In this document: positions 1-10,724 of the stretch, piece by piece
How positions within the stretch are numbered: the stretch's first letter is position 1
Layout: each line of letters begins with the position of its first letter
Assembly: GCA_934129945.1 (NCBI GenBank)
Contig: CAKOXC010000002.1
Location: 53,747-117,746 of the forward strand
Source of the DNA: an uncultured Bacilli bacterium
Lineage (GTDB): Bacteria; Bacillota_I; Bacilli_A; RF39; UBA660
Direction of reading: 5' to 3'
Length of the DNA stretch: 64,000 nucleotides
The notes under the pieces: generated by a model
Told to the model about the DNA's origin: nothing
What the model saw: the letters and a program-made list of their open reading frames with translations, nothing else
Databases searched by the model: none
Program-made: the position numbers and the translations under genes

Positions 1-976
1 ATAATGCTGCGTCATTAAGTTTGAGTTTTTCAAGAGCTTCCTTTAATGCTTCATATTTATTTGGCTCAACGGGAAATATTCCAGAATACACCATTGGTTT
101 CATAGGTTTATAACCATCTAAAGGTTCTTTTGCAAGGTTATTTCTAACAGTAATTGTATCTCCTACTGCTACAGAAGTTATATCTTTTATTGAAGCGGTA
201 ACATATCCAACTTCGCCAGAAATTAATTCTTTTTTATTAACATCTTTAGGAGTATGAAATCCAAGTTCAACAACTTCAAACTCTTTACCACTTGCCATCA
301 TTTTTATTGTATCTTTTACTTTTATTTTGCCATCTACAATTTTTACTAGAGCAACAACACCTTTGTAAGAATCAAAATAACTATCAAAAATTAGAGCTCT
401 TGTTGGTTTATCATTTGCAATTTTAGGAGCTTCAATTCTTTCAATTACAGCTTCAATAAGTTCTTTTACTCCGACTCCTGTTTTGCCACTACATAAAAGA
501 ATCTCTTCTTCTTTAAATCCTAAAACATTTTTCAACTCTTCTTTTACTTTAGGAACATTAGCATTTGGTAAATCAATCTTATTTATGACAGGTATTATTG
601 TTAAATCATTTTCTAAAGCTAAATATAAATTAGCAAGTGTTTGAGCTTCTATACCTTGCGCTGCATCAACGACTAAAATTGCCCCTTCACAAGCAGCAAG
701 GCTTCTAGAAACTTCATATGTAAAATCAACATGACCCGGTGTATCTATTAAATTTAAAATATAATCTTCATTTTTATAATGATAATTAAGACGAACTGCA
801 TTTAATTTTATAGTTATTCCACGTTCACGTTCAAGATCCATATTATCTAAAAGTTGATCTTTCATTTCTCTTTTAGAAACACTTCCTGTTAATTCTAAAA
901 TTCTATCTGCTAAAGTACTCTTACCATGGTCTATATGAGCAATTATTGAAAAGTTTCTTATGTTTTCTTGCTTCAT
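1..976 (-). CDS. lepA: Elongation factor 4 (LepA), N-terminal ~325 aa; gene continues beyond the window start
   Basis: Translation from ATG at 976 gives [28 protein letters not shown]..., the canonical LepA N-terminus with GTPase G1 motif. Frame open to position 1. Not in the ORF track because it is partial. Confidence 0.85.
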   Translation of the reverse strand, partial: MKQENIRNFSIIAHIDHGKSTLADRILELTGSVSKREMKDQLLDNMDLERERGITIKLNAVRLNYHYKNEDYILNLIDTPGHVDFTYEVSRSLAACEGAILVVDAAQGIEAQTLANLYLALENDLTIIPVINKIDLPNANVPKVKEELKNVLGFKEEEILLCSGKTGVGVKELIEAVIERIEAPKIANDKPTRALIFDSYFDSYKGVVALVKIVDGKIKVKDTIKMMASGKEFEVVELGFHTPKDVNKKELISGEVGYVTASIKDITSVAVGDTITVRNNLAKEPLDGYKPMKPMVYSGIFPVEPNKYEALKEALEKLKLNDAAL

Positions 977-1015
977 TTTGAACATCACCATATTTATTAT
1001 ACCTTAAAAATGGTG

Positions 1016-1372
1016 TTACGAAAACATTTTTTTAAGTACTTTACCAACTTTACCTAGTTCTTCTGTAAAAAGTTTTTCCACAAAATTAGAAAAATTATCC
1101 CCGGCATTACTAGCTATACACGAATAATCTTTTGTATTATTTTCTGTATATTTTTCTAAATCTATATCACGATTGTTTTTTACATCATCCTCGAATTTTT
1201 TTATATTTTCATTAGTTAACACTATTTTTTCATTCACTTTATTTTCATAATATCCACTTTCACCAGCTATAAATAAACTAATATAAACTATAAATAAAAT
1301 AAACAATATAGTTAATACTGGATTATGTTTCTTCTTTTTCATTATCTTCATCCACGATTCTTTTATAAACAT
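1016..1372 (-). CDS. small membrane protein, YqxA-like by position between spoIIP and lepA
   Basis: 118 aa with N-terminal TM. Synteny gpr-spoIIP-yqxA-lepA as in Bacillus. No motif recognised. Confidence 0.35.
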   Translation of the reverse strand: MFIKESWMKIMKKKKHNPVLTILFILFIVYISLFIAGESGYYENKVNEKIVLTNENIKKFEDDVKNNRDIDLEKYTENNTKDYSCIASNAGDNFSNFVEKLFTEELGKVGKVLKKMFS

Positions 1373-2279
1373 TTGCCAAAACTTCTAAAGAATTCTTGAC
1401 ACTATTAATATCATTATATGGCCCTCCCACTTCAATTAGAACTGCATTGCTTGAGATATCTTGATTAAATATTCCTGAATTAGTTTTAATATCAATACCT
1501 CTTGTGATAAGAGGATTAAACTCTTTCAAATAATTGTTTATTCTATTTGCCATTTCTAAATTTCGTTCATAACCATCATGACCTTTTCCTAAAACTATCA
1601 TAAGCTTTACATAATCTTTGTTATCAATAGTCACTTTAGCAATATTTAAGGGAATTGAATCACGATGTAAATCTATAACATATTTAATGGTTGGGTTTTT
1701 AGAAAGAGTATCACTTGCTAGCATTTTAGAAGCTTTATATGAAGAGCGATAATTCCACCCATTGATATTAAGAATTTCTTTGATATCATTTTTTTCAACT
1801 ATTGCTTGTATTCCTAAATCACTTAACTTATTTTGAAGTATTAAACTTGCATGTAAGACTGTTGGGGTTACATTATATTCATTTGTATTAACGCTTTGAT
1901 ATTCTTCAGTTTGATGTGTATTATAAATATAAATTAATGGTGAATCATAATTTTCTTCCTTAATAACTGTTTCATCAGTAGCCTTACTAACATTTTCTGT
2001 CTTTTTAACATTATCTTCTTTATCTAAATTAATTCCTAAAGTATAATTAACAATAAAACTTAATCCATTTTTAGAAAAAATACTTTTAAATTCTTTTGGA
2101 TTATTATTTAGCATAATATCGATTACTTCATTTTCATTAATTTCTTTCGTTAATTTTTCGTATACTACATTAAAAACTAATAGAACAACACATAAAACAA
2201 TTGTTAAAAATAAAATAAATTTAATAGAAATTAGTGTAATATTTTTTCTTGCTTTAAATTTTCTTGCCATACTTTTCAC
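1323..2279 (-). CDS. spoIIP: stage II sporulation protein P (SpoIIP) family
   Basis: N-terminal TM, motifs PLIYIYNTHQTEEY and GIFNQDISSNAVLIEVGG typical of SpoIIP. Conserved position upstream of lepA. Confidence 0.7.
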   Translation of the reverse strand: MKSMARKFKARKNITLISIKFILFLTIVLCVVLLVFNVVYEKLTKEINENEVIDIMLNNNPKEFKSIFSKNGLSFIVNYTLGINLDKEDNVKKTENVSKATDETVIKEENYDSPLIYIYNTHQTEEYQSVNTNEYNVTPTVLHASLILQNKLSDLGIQAIVEKNDIKEILNINGWNYRSSYKASKMLASDTLSKNPTIKYVIDLHRDSIPLNIAKVTIDNKDYVKLMIVLGKGHDGYERNLEMANRINNYLKEFNPLITRGIDIKTNSGIFNQDISSNAVLIEVGGPYNDINSVKNSLEVLANVYKRIVDEDNEKEET

Positions 2280-2340
2280 CTTAATTATATTTTAAAATAT
2301 AAAGAACGAATAAAATGTCAAATTATGTTTTTAATTTTTA

Positions 2341-2369
2341 TTGTTAAATAATATTTTATATTGTATAAT
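2341..2369 (+). promoter_or_regulatory. sigma-A-type promoter TTGTTA-17nt-TATAAT driving the ATPase gene
   Basis: Hexamers read directly at 2341-2346 and 2364-2369. Short leader containing AATAAGATAGGG. Confidence 0.4.
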
Positions 2370-2402
2370 AAATATTAGAATAAGATAGGGATTGTGATAC
2401 AT

Positions 2403-3722
2403 ATGTTAAGAGAATTTGATTATGAAAATATGCCAGTAGCTGATATAGTAAATGAAATAATCATTGATGCTGTTAAAAGAGGAGCTTCTGATATTCACTT
2501 AGACCCAAGGCCTGAGTTTTTAATGGTAAGAATTCGTATTGATGGTGAATTAGTTGATTATACTACCCTTCCTTTAGGAATTAAAAATCATATAACTACA
2601 AAAATTAAAATACTAGCTAGTATGAATATTACTGAATCTCGTCTTCCACAAGATGGTGCTATTAAAACTACTATAGAAAATAGAAGTCTAGATTTACGTG
2701 TATCTACTCTACCTACTGTTTATGGTGAAAAAGTTGTTATTCGTATTTTGGATTATACTAGAAGTATGGAAGGACTTGAAAATTTAGGATTTTCTGAAGA
2801 AAGTTTAGAAAAACTAAAAAAAATAATTGCAAACCCTAATGGTATTATTCTTGTTACAGGAGCCACTGGAACTGGTAAATCTACTACTGTTTATGCGATA
2901 TTAGATAAATTAAACACTAAAGAAAGAAATATTATTACTGTAGAAGATCCAGTAGAAATGAAAATTGAAGGTATTAATCAAGTTCAAACCATGAGCGACA
3001 TTGGTCTTACATTTGCAACAGCTCTAAGAAGCATATTGCGTCAAGACCCTGATACAATAATGATTGGAGAAATTCGTGATGATGAAACAGCACGTATTGC
3101 TATTCGTGCCGCTATTACTGGGCATTTAGTACTTTCTACAATTCATACAAATAATTCTTTAAATACTATAGAGCGTTTACTTGATATGGATGTTGAAAGA
3201 TACTTACTTGGCTCTGCTTTAACTGGAATTGTATCGCAAAGATTAACTAAAAAATTATGTCCAAAATGTCGTACCTCAAGAAACACTACTCCATATGAAA
3301 AAGCAATATTTAAAAAAGCTTTAGGAATGGATATAAATGAAATATATGAACCTGTTGGATGCGATGAATGTTTAAACGGTTATAAAGGACGTATTGCTAT
3401 TCAAGAAGTTCTTTCAGTTAATCAAGAAGTAAGAGATGCTATTTTATCAAATATTAGAAAAGATAAATTAAGAGAAATAATTTATAAAAAAGGACATACT
3501 ATCACACTTCTTCAAGATGGACTTGAAAAAGTAATTAATGGATTAACATCATTTGATGAAGTATTAAGAGTTATTGAAGTAGATAGTGATTTTGGTGAAG
3601 ACGAAAAAGATATTAAAGATGCTATTTTGGGTAAAGAAAAACCGAATAACAACGAAAATATAGAAGATAATAATAATTTAGAAAATTTAAGTATTGAAAA
3701 AGTAGAGACATTAGATTTTTAG
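2403..3722 (+). CDS. type II/IV secretion - type IV pilus/competence assembly ATPase (GspE/PilB/ComGA family)
   Basis: Walker A GATGTGKST, GspE N-terminal signature (ADIVNEIIIDAVKRGASDIHLDP), C-terminal tetracysteine CPKC...CDEC. ORF track starts at GTG 2394; first ATG at 2403. Confidence 0.8.
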   Translation: MLREFDYENMPVADIVNEIIIDAVKRGASDIHLDPRPEFLMVRIRIDGELVDYTTLPLGIKNHITTKIKILASMNITESRLPQDGAIKTTIENRSLDLRVSTLPTVYGEKVVIRILDYTRSMEGLENLGFSEESLEKLKKIIANPNGIILVTGATGTGKSTTVYAILDKLNTKERNIITVEDPVEMKIEGINQVQTMSDIGLTFATALRSILRQDPDTIMIGEIRDDETARIAIRAAITGHLVLSTIHTNNSLNTIERLLDMDVERYLLGSALTGIVSQRLTKKLCPKCRTSRNTTPYEKAIFKKALGMDINEIYEPVGCDECLNGYKGRIAIQEVLSVNQEVRDAILSNIRKDKLREIIYKKGHTITLLQDGLEKVINGLTSFDEVLRVIEVDSDFGEDEKDIKDAILGKEKPNNNENIEDNNNLENLSIEKVETLDF

Positions 3723-3726
3723 TTCT

Positions 3727-5496
3727 CTACTTTTTATTTATATTATTTAAATATTCTTTTAAATTATCAGCAATATTTTTAGGAATTATTTTTTCTAATT
3801 CTTCAGTCGGAGCCTCTTTCATCTTAGCAACACTACCAAATTTTTTAATAAGTTCTTTCTTTCTTTTTTCGCCAATTCCATCTATATTATCTAAAACTGA
3901 TGAAATACTACCTTTACTTCTTATTTGACGGTGATAATTTATTGTAAATCTATGAACTTCATCTTGCATTCTAGTTAAATAATGGAAAACATTAGATGTT
4001 TTTACAAGTGGTATTTCTTCTAAAGTATCTCCATCAATTAAATCATTAGTCATATGCTTATCATTTTTTCTTAATCCACAAATTTTAATATCAAGATTTA
4101 ACATTTGCATTATTTCTTTACAAGCATTAATTTGATTAATTCCACCATCAACGATAATTAAATCAGGCTTTTCTAAATGTTCTAAAAGCATACGATAATA
4201 TCTTCTATAAAGTACTTCTTTCATGGTATTATAATCATCATTTTTATCAATACTTATTTTAAATTTACGATATTCTTTTTTTGCAGGAACGCCATTTTTA
4301 AAGACAACCATTGCACTTACAGAAAAATCACCAAATAAGTTAGAGTTATCAAATAAATCAATCCTATTTAAATGTTTGAGATTTAATAATTCTCTTAATT
4401 CTTCATTTGCTTTTTCAGTTCTTTCTTCGTCTTTTTCAATTAAAGTCATTTCATTATCTAAATTTATTTTTGCATTCATAAATGCCATATCAAGAAGTTC
4501 TTTCTTTTTACCTTTTAATGGTGTTGTAAATGTCGTATTTAACATGTTAGAAAGTAATTCTTTATCACATAATTCGTCTAAAAAGATTTCTTTAGGTATT
4601 TCATGACGTGAATAAAACTTTATTAAATACTCCTCTATTTCTTCTTTTAATTCACCTACAATTGGAAAAATGTCATTATGCCCTCCAACTAATTTACCAT
4701 TGCGGATAAAAAAGATTTGAGCACTAACATAGCCATTATTTAAATAGTAACCAAATATATCTCTATTAATTAAGTCATGTAATTCTACTTTTTGTTTTGT
4801 TAGAACAATTTCAACATAATCTAAATCTTTTTTTAATTCTAAGGCCATTTCAAAATTTAAATTTTCACTACATTCTTCAATTTTTTTTAAAAGTCTATTC
4901 TTTAATACATTTTCATTTCCATTTAGAAAAGATAATATTTCTTTTTCCATTTCTTCTAATTTACTATGGTCATAGTTTTTAGTGCAATAACCTAAACATT
5001 GTCCAATGTGATAATATAAGCATACTTCTTTTGGCATTGAATCACATTTTTTTAATGGATATATTCTATTTAATAAATTAACTATTTTTCGAGCAGCATA
5101 AGCATTGGGATACGGACCAAATAATTTTTTATTTTCACTTTTCTTAATATTAGTATATCTTGAAACTTTTAATTTTGGATAAGGATTTTTAATGTATTCT
5201 ATATAAGGATATGTTTTATCATCTTTAAGTAAAATATTATATTTTGGATCATACTTTTTAATTAGATTAATTTCTATAATAAAAGCTTCTAGTTCACTAC
5301 TGGCAACTATATAAGTAAAATCAGCTATTTCACTTATCATTTTAGCTGTTTTGCCAGTATGGGTTCCACGAAAATATGAAGATAATCTTTTCTTTAAGTC
5401 TTTTGCTTTACCCACATAAATTATAACACCATCAGAATTCTTCATTTGATAAGATCCTGGTTTATGAGGAACTAAACTAAGTTTTTCTTTAAACAT
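3727..5496 (-). CDS. uvrC: excinuclease ABC subunit C
   Basis: 589 aa. GIY-YIG N-terminus (SYQMKNSDGVIIYVGKAKDLKKRLSSY), UvrC family length and C-terminal HhH region. Confidence 0.9.
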   Translation of the reverse strand: MFKEKLSLVPHKPGSYQMKNSDGVIIYVGKAKDLKKRLSSYFRGTHTGKTAKMISEIADFTYIVASSELEAFIIEINLIKKYDPKYNILLKDDKTYPYIEYIKNPYPKLKVSRYTNIKKSENKKLFGPYPNAYAARKIVNLLNRIYPLKKCDSMPKEVCLYYHIGQCLGYCTKNYDHSKLEEMEKEILSFLNGNENVLKNRLLKKIEECSENLNFEMALELKKDLDYVEIVLTKQKVELHDLINRDIFGYYLNNGYVSAQIFFIRNGKLVGGHNDIFPIVGELKEEIEEYLIKFYSRHEIPKEIFLDELCDKELLSNMLNTTFTTPLKGKKKELLDMAFMNAKINLDNEMTLIEKDEERTEKANEELRELLNLKHLNRIDLFDNSNLFGDFSVSAMVVFKNGVPAKKEYRKFKISIDKNDDYNTMKEVLYRRYYRMLLEHLEKPDLIIVDGGINQINACKEIMQMLNLDIKICGLRKNDKHMTNDLIDGDTLEEIPLVKTSNVFHYLTRMQDEVHRFTINYHRQIRSKGSISSVLDNIDGIGEKRKKELIKKFGSVAKMKEAPTEELEKIIPKNIADNLKEYLNNINKK

Positions 5497-5500
5497 AATA

Positions 5501-5959
5501 TCACTTTCTTTCAGTAATTATATAATTATATAAAGATTCACATCCTTTATAAATATTAGTAAAACATTCATCAAAATTTCTATAATACCAAGGATCAATA
5601 ATTTCTTTGGTATCTTTTGTATATTCTAGTAATAAATGGACTTTATTATCTTTATCTCTAGCAAATTTTTCTTTTAAACTTTTTAAATTATTATTATCAA
5701 AGCAAATTATATAATCAAATTTTTGATAATCTACATCGGTTATTTGGCGAGCATAATGAGAAAGTATTTCAATATTATTTTTCTCTAAAGTCTTTTGTGT
5801 CATATAATACATAGAATTTCCAATTTCTTCTGTACTAGTTGCACATGAATCAATCATAAAGTTTTTATCTTTATTTAATTTAACAATATGTTCCATAACC
5901 ATTTGCGCCATAGGGCTTCTGCAGATATTACCATAACATACAAATAATATTTTATGCAT
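5501..5959 (-). CDS. low-molecular-weight protein-tyrosine phosphatase
   Basis: P-loop CYGNICRSPMAQ near N-terminus, 152 aa, DPWY motif near C-terminus. Confidence 0.75.
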   Translation of the reverse strand: MHKILFVCYGNICRSPMAQMVMEHIVKLNKDKNFMIDSCATSTEEIGNSMYYMTQKTLEKNNIEILSHYARQITDVDYQKFDYIICFDNNNLKSLKEKFARDKDNKVHLLLEYTKDTKEIIDPWYYRNFDECFTNIYKGCESLYNYIITERK

Positions 5960-6005
5960 TTTAAAATCACCTGATAATATTCTAACACATTTTAAGCTAA
6001 TATTT

Positions 6006-6263
6006 CTATTTTCTTAAAACTCTTTTTTTATCAGGAAAATCACTTCTTTTTTCATTAATATTTAAAGCACAAAACTTAAATTCTGTACCTTTTCTATCCC
6101 ACATACAATATTCATTTATAGAACTATTAAAACATATATGATCAAGTTGAGGGTGAAGATTTAAATCCGTTATATATAATATTTCTTCTGTTTCGAGTAA
6201 ATATTCTCTTTCCTCAATATATTTTAACATGTTTCTTGAATCAATAATTTCTTCTTGTGTCAT
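6006..6263 (-). CDS. hypothetical protein (85 aa)
   Basis: Good SD AAGGAG 7 nt upstream of ATG. No recognisable domain. Confidence 0.4.
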   Translation of the reverse strand: MTQEEIIDSRNMLKYIEEREYLLETEEILYITDLNLHPQLDHICFNSSINEYCMWDRKGTEFKFCALNINEKRSDFPDKKRVLRK

Positions 6264-6350
6264 AAAAAACTCCTTATTACATTTTATGTTTTAATAACTT
6301 TTAGTTTTGTATTTTTATCTTTATATAGTATAATTATTTCGGGTGATATT

Positions 6351-6704
6351 ATGCAACCAGAATATTCTTATACTTATGAAATTAAAAAATCTAAATTTAT
6401 CGGTTTATATTTCAAAGTTAATAATAAAAATGAAATTGATAATATTTTAAATTGTATTTATAAAGAACATAAGAAAGCAAGACATTTTCCCTATGCATAT
6501 AAAATTGATACTTTAATTAAAAAAACTGATGACAAAGAACCAAGTGGTACTGCTGGAACTCCAATCTACAATGTTATAGAAAGAAATAATCTAAATAATT
6601 GTTTGATTATTGTTGTTAGATATTTTGGTGGCATTAAACTTGGTAGTGGTGGTCTTTTAAGAGCTTATTCTAAGACTGCTAATGAATTAATAAAGCCACG
6701 ATAA
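6351..6704 (+). CDS. yigZ: IMPACT/YigZ family protein
   Basis: Motifs IKKSKFIG, EPSGTAGTP, VVRYFGGIKLGSGGLLRAY. Likely true start ATG 6351 (SD GGGTGA) rather than track start 6255. Confidence 0.65.
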   Translation: MQPEYSYTYEIKKSKFIGLYFKVNNKNEIDNILNCIYKEHKKARHFPYAYKIDTLIKKTDDKEPSGTAGTPIYNVIERNNLNNCLIIVVRYFGGIKLGSGGLLRAYSKTANELIKPR

Positions 6705-6726
6705 AACTACCGTGGGCTTTTTTATT
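6694..6726. terminator. intrinsic terminator hairpin between convergent yigZ and trxA
   Basis: CCACG-ataaaactac-CGTGG stem followed by T-run; overlaps yigZ stop. Confidence 0.55.
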
Positions 6727-7018
6727 CTACCATTTTTTTAATTTCTTCTATATCTTTAAAGCCAATTGATTTGTTTACAAGTTCTCCATCTTTAAATACA
6801 ATTAAAGTAGGAATACTCATTACGCCAAATTCTCTAGCTAATTCTGGATGCATATCAGTATTAACTTTTAAGATATCAACAAAATCAACTGTCTCAAGTA
6901 AACTTCCTAGCATTTTACAAGGTCCACACCAATCAGCATAAAAATCTACTAATATTGTTCCTTTACTTGTTAGTTCTTTAAAATCTTCTTTTTCTAAATA
7001 TTTAATCATTTGTTTCAT
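6722..7018 (-). CDS. trxA: thioredoxin
   Basis: 98 aa, active site WCGPCK. Confidence 0.9.
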   Translation of the reverse strand: MKQMIKYLEKEDFKELTSKGTILVDFYADWCGPCKMLGSLLETVDFVDILKVNTDMHPELAREFGVMSIPTLIVFKDGELVNKSIGFKDIEEIKKMVE

Positions 7019-7706
7019 ACCTTTCTATTAGTTTGTTAGAACCCTTAATATTAATTTTACCATTATCAACTAATTTATGTGCATTATCAGTTGTAATTAT
7101 ATCATATTTTAACAATGTATTTAAAGCTTCATAATCTTTATTGCTACTATTATTATCGCCTAAATTTCTAATTTCATTAAAAGCATTATAAGAGTTCTTA
7201 AATCCTGTAGTAAATGGTGTTTTACTTAAAATAATATTAGTATATTTACTATCTTTTAATACTGTACTTGAAAAACTAAATTGAGAAAAAATGAAAAGTA
7301 GTACAAATAAGAATACATATGCTTCTAAAAAACCTACTGCTATTCCAATTAGTTTTGATGGTAAAGTAAGTATTATTGAGTGGTCTACAATTTTACTAAG
7401 GATACCAGTAATTTTTAATATAACACTTAAAAGTACTGATAAAACACCTAATACTATTAAAAAAGCAATTGCTTCATAAATCAAAATATTTATTACCGTT
7501 ATACCATTAAATATGCCCCCAAGTTTAAAAAATGGTAAATACGTATATAAAAATACTGATAAAGGATTTTTCAAATAGTAAGCAATAATTATTATTAATA
7601 TTGTTCCAATTAAAGTTGCAAGTGTTTGAATTGCTCCTCTTTTAAATCCTAATACAGCACCAGCTAATAAAAACAAAATTATTATTACATCTATAACATT
7701 TATCAT
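7002..7706 (-). CDS. cvpA: CvpA-family membrane protein
   Basis: N-terminus MINVIDVIIILFLLAGAVLGFKRGAI typical of CvpA. Multiple TM segments. Confidence 0.55.
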   Translation of the reverse strand: MINVIDVIIILFLLAGAVLGFKRGAIQTLATLIGTILIIIIAYYLKNPLSVFLYTYLPFFKLGGIFNGITVINILIYEAIAFLIVLGVLSVLLSVILKITGILSKIVDHSIILTLPSKLIGIAVGFLEAYVFLFVLLFIFSQFSFSSTVLKDSKYTNIILSKTPFTTGFKNSYNAFNEIRNLGDNNSSNKDYEALNTLLKYDIITTDNAHKLVDNGKINIKGSNKLIERYETND

Positions 7707-7800
7707 ATTATTTCCTACCCTTCTATTTCTTAATTATAATATAAAAATAATGAAAATAAAAGAAATTTATGATAAAATACTCTAAAGGACAAGTGATTAT

Positions 7801-8748
7801 ATGACAATAGTTTTTAAAGTTAGTGAAAATGTACAAAAGAAAATGGAAGAGTTTTATAAAGATTTATATCGAGATAAATTCCCACCATACTCTATTTTTC
7901 AAGCTCAAAGTGCTGATGTAATTATTACTTTATATGAAAGTGGCAAAGTCATGTTTCAAGGAGTTTCAGCTGATATAGAGGCAAATATCTGGAAAGATCA
8001 AGAAAGACACTTAAATAATAGAGATATTGATAAAGAACTTAAAAAGATTGAAGATAAAAAAGAAGAAAAGAAAAAAGAAAATAATTTAAATTTTTATAAT
8101 ATGTCTACTATTGGTAGCGATGAAGTTGGAACTGGAGATTATTTTGGCCCTATTGTTGTAACTGCTACTTATGTAAGCAAGAAAGATGAAATATTTTTAA
8201 GAGATTTGGGTGTCAAAGATTCTAAAGCTCTTACAGATGAAAAAATAATTGAAATTGCTAAAGAATTAATAAAAAAAGTTAATTATAAGACATTTATTCT
8301 AACTAACAAAGATTTTAACGATTATACTAAAAAAGGATATAACATGAATAAGATAAAAGCAATTCTTCATAATAAAGTATTATATTCTATAAAAGAAAAT
8401 CATATGAACGATTATGATAAGATAGTTGTTGACCAATTTGTTTATCCTAAGAAATATTTTGAACATATAAACGAAGCCACTAACAAAGTGACCGATATTT
8501 CCTTCACGCCCCGTGCTGAAAGCAAATGTTTATCAGTTGCTTGCTCTTCTATAATTAGTAGATATATCTTTCTTCATGAAATGGATAAATTATCAAAAGA
8601 ACTTAATATTACTCTACCTAAGGGAGCAAATGATATAGTTGATGATATAGGATTTGAAATTGTTAAAAAATATGGTTTTGATAAGTTATATGAAGTTGCT
8701 AAAATAAATTTTAAAAATACAGAAAAAATTAAAGATAAGATGGAATAA
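7801..8748 (+). CDS. rnhC: ribonuclease HIII
   Basis: 315 aa, N-terminal DUF3378-like region then RNase HII/III catalytic motif DEVGTGDYFGPIVV. Confidence 0.8.
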   Translation: MTIVFKVSENVQKKMEEFYKDLYRDKFPPYSIFQAQSADVIITLYESGKVMFQGVSADIEANIWKDQERHLNNRDIDKELKKIEDKKEEKKKENNLNFYNMSTIGSDEVGTGDYFGPIVVTATYVSKKDEIFLRDLGVKDSKALTDEKIIEIAKELIKKVNYKTFILTNKDFNDYTKKGYNMNKIKAILHNKVLYSIKENHMNDYDKIVVDQFVYPKKYFEHINEATNKVTDISFTPRAESKCLSVACSSIISRYIFLHEMDKLSKELNITLPKGANDIVDDIGFEIVKKYGFDKLYEVAKINFKNTEKIKDKME

Positions 8749-8762
8749 TATTTTCCATCTTT

Positions 8763-9704
8763 TTAATTAAACATCTTTAATAAATAAGTTTTAAATAGTG
8801 TAATTTTATCAAAGTATATTGATTTCATTTGAATATCACATTCATTTAGATTTAAAATGTTATTTTCAAGTTCATCATAAGTATATTTAAAACTATTTTT
8901 TAGCATTTTTTCCACTTGCCAATTCTGCAATTTCAATTCACGAGAAATACTCATTAAATCTCTTTTATCATCATATAAAGTTTTTGTGCAATATAATAAA
9001 CGATATTCACGTGCAAGAAGAATTACCAAAGAAATTGGTTCTACTTTCAGAAGGGATAAATCATCAAGTAATTTAAAAGCTTTTTCTAAATCATTATTTA
9101 TAACCGCTTCTATAAATTTAAAATTATTATCATCAATATTATTAGAAATAATTTTTTTTACATCATTAAATGATATTTTACAAGGATTATCATAATATAA
9201 TTTTAACTTTTCTAGTTCATTATATATTAAATCATAATTATTTAAACAATTATTTATTATATAATTTATACTATCACTTTCAATCGAAAAGCCATCGCTT
9301 TTTAAATTATTTCTAATTTTGTTAGCCAAATCGTTAAAACTTAGTTTTGGAATTTCAATATACGAATATTTTTCTTTAATTAACTTAGTTACTTTTTTTC
9401 TTGTATCACATTTATCATTATAAGTAAAAATTAATATAGTATTTTCATTAGGACTCTCTAAATATTTTAATAATAGTTCTGTCTTTTTTTCTGCAATCTT
9501 ACCACTTCCAAAGATATTTGCATTTTTAACTACTATTACTCTTTTATCATTGAACATAGAAACATATTGAGCTTCAATTAAAATATCTTCTAACTCTACA
9601 TTATTCAAATCAAAAGTTTCAATGTTTGCCTCTTTTTTTAATATTTTTTTTAATTCTTCATCTATTAATTTAATACTATCACTTGTAATCAAATATATAT
9701 TCAT
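8763..9704 (-). CDS. holA: DNA polymerase III delta subunit
   Basis: 313 aa. Position downstream of comE operon mirrors Bacillus comEA-comEC-holA. Delta-subunit-like fold inferred from size and context only. Confidence 0.55.
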   Translation of the reverse strand: MNIYLITSDSIKLIDEELKKILKKEANIETFDLNNVELEDILIEAQYVSMFNDKRVIVVKNANIFGSGKIAEKKTELLLKYLESPNENTILIFTYNDKCDTRKKVTKLIKEKYSYIEIPKLSFNDLANKIRNNLKSDGFSIESDSINYIINNCLNNYDLIYNELEKLKLYYDNPCKISFNDVKKIISNNIDDNNFKFIEAVINNDLEKAFKLLDDLSLLKVEPISLVILLAREYRLLYCTKTLYDDKRDLMSISRELKLQNWQVEKMLKNSFKYTYDELENNILNLNECDIQMKSIYFDKITLFKTYLLKMFN

Positions 9705-9791
9705 ATAACCACCACTTTAATTTTACCAAATTTTTACTATTAAATAAATAATATTAATTTCTTTTGTGATCTTTTAATAGGATAACTTATC

Positions 9792-10681
9792 TTATAATAA
9801 TTTATATTTTCTAGCAATTATTCTATCATCAGAGCAATATTTTATTATATATTCATTATCTTGTTTACATATTATCACTCCAACCGTTTTATTTTCTTCA
9901 ATTGTTTTAATATTTGAATTAATATAATTCATATACATCATAATCTGGCCTATATGCTCTTTTTTTAATTCTGTTACTTTTAATTCAACTACTACATAAC
10001 ACTTATATTTTATATTATAAAGTAATAAATCAATATAATTATATCGGTCATCTAATTTAATTTTATATTCACCACCTATAAAACTAAATGAATTACCAAG
10101 TTCTTTCATAAAAGATTCAATATCTTCCAAAATTAAATTATGTAATGCTTTCTCAGTAACTATTTCAGTATTATTTCTATTTCTAATTAGTATGGGATTT
10201 GGTACTAAATCTTTACTTTAATTTTATCTTTAGAAACTATTTTATTTTTAGTTTCAATTGGCATTCTTTGATATTCCTTGTTTTTAATTTTTTCTCTTAA
10301 TTCTCTTTTAGATAAATTTCTTTCATATGCAATATTAATATAATATATCAATTCATTATCGTCTTTAATTGATAATAATTCAGAATAATGGCTCCAAGAC
10401 AATTTGGTCGCCAGTGGCGACCATTTTTCATTTTTGAATATTCTATAATATTGTCTAATACGTCTCAATGTTCTCTCGTTATACTTTTTCCCAAACTCAA
10501 TAGCCAGTCTATTTGAATAATCATTTAAAATATTATCTCCATACTTACTGCCAGCTTCATCCAGCAATTTACCAACTTCAAAGTATATAATAACTTTATG
10601 CCTTTCTTTTGAATAATCTTTTACTTTTGAATATATTTCATTATCAATTAATTTGTTTTTTATCTCATTGTAATAATTCAT
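9792..10681 (-). pseudogene. YhcG-like (DUF1016) PD-(D/E)XK nuclease split into two ORFs by a frameshift
   Basis: N-terminal DUF1016-like ORF (10205..10681) and C-terminal PDDEXK-like ORF (9792..10130, motif IDLLLYN...VVVELK) lie in different frames. The downstream frame is open back to 10217. A 17-nt local duplication around AAAGAT explains the shift. Confidence 0.6.
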
Positions 10682-10724
10682 GTCTACTCCTTTCTATAGA
10701 CTATAATTTGCAATTCTTAATTTA

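Noticed and set aside
2369-2378. AATAAGATAG 10-mer upstream of the PilB-like ATPase as a fourth copy of the conserved cassette
   Set aside because: Only the 10-mer is shared. Here it overlaps an ordinary sigma-A -10/+1 region (TTGTTA-17-TATAAT), and the upstream AGGAAATGAGACA part of the cassette is absent. Kept only as a weak note.
4376-4606. Numerous 60-120 aa ORFs antisense to or embedded within well-supported genes (e.g. 4376..4606, 4797..4982, 7291..7479, 8986..9195, 10609..10851, 13653..13934, 18620..18871, 23880..24236, 25196..25438, 29431..29673, 31111..31317, 31520..31804, 34059..34292, 35103..35420, 41565..41852, 43945..44145, 46261..46575, 47596..47805, 55345..55533, 59422..59652, 61242..61457)
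   Set aside because: They are low-complexity or hydrophobic translations lying entirely inside larger ORFs with clear homology on the opposite strand, and have no SD or promoter support. Treated as spurious.
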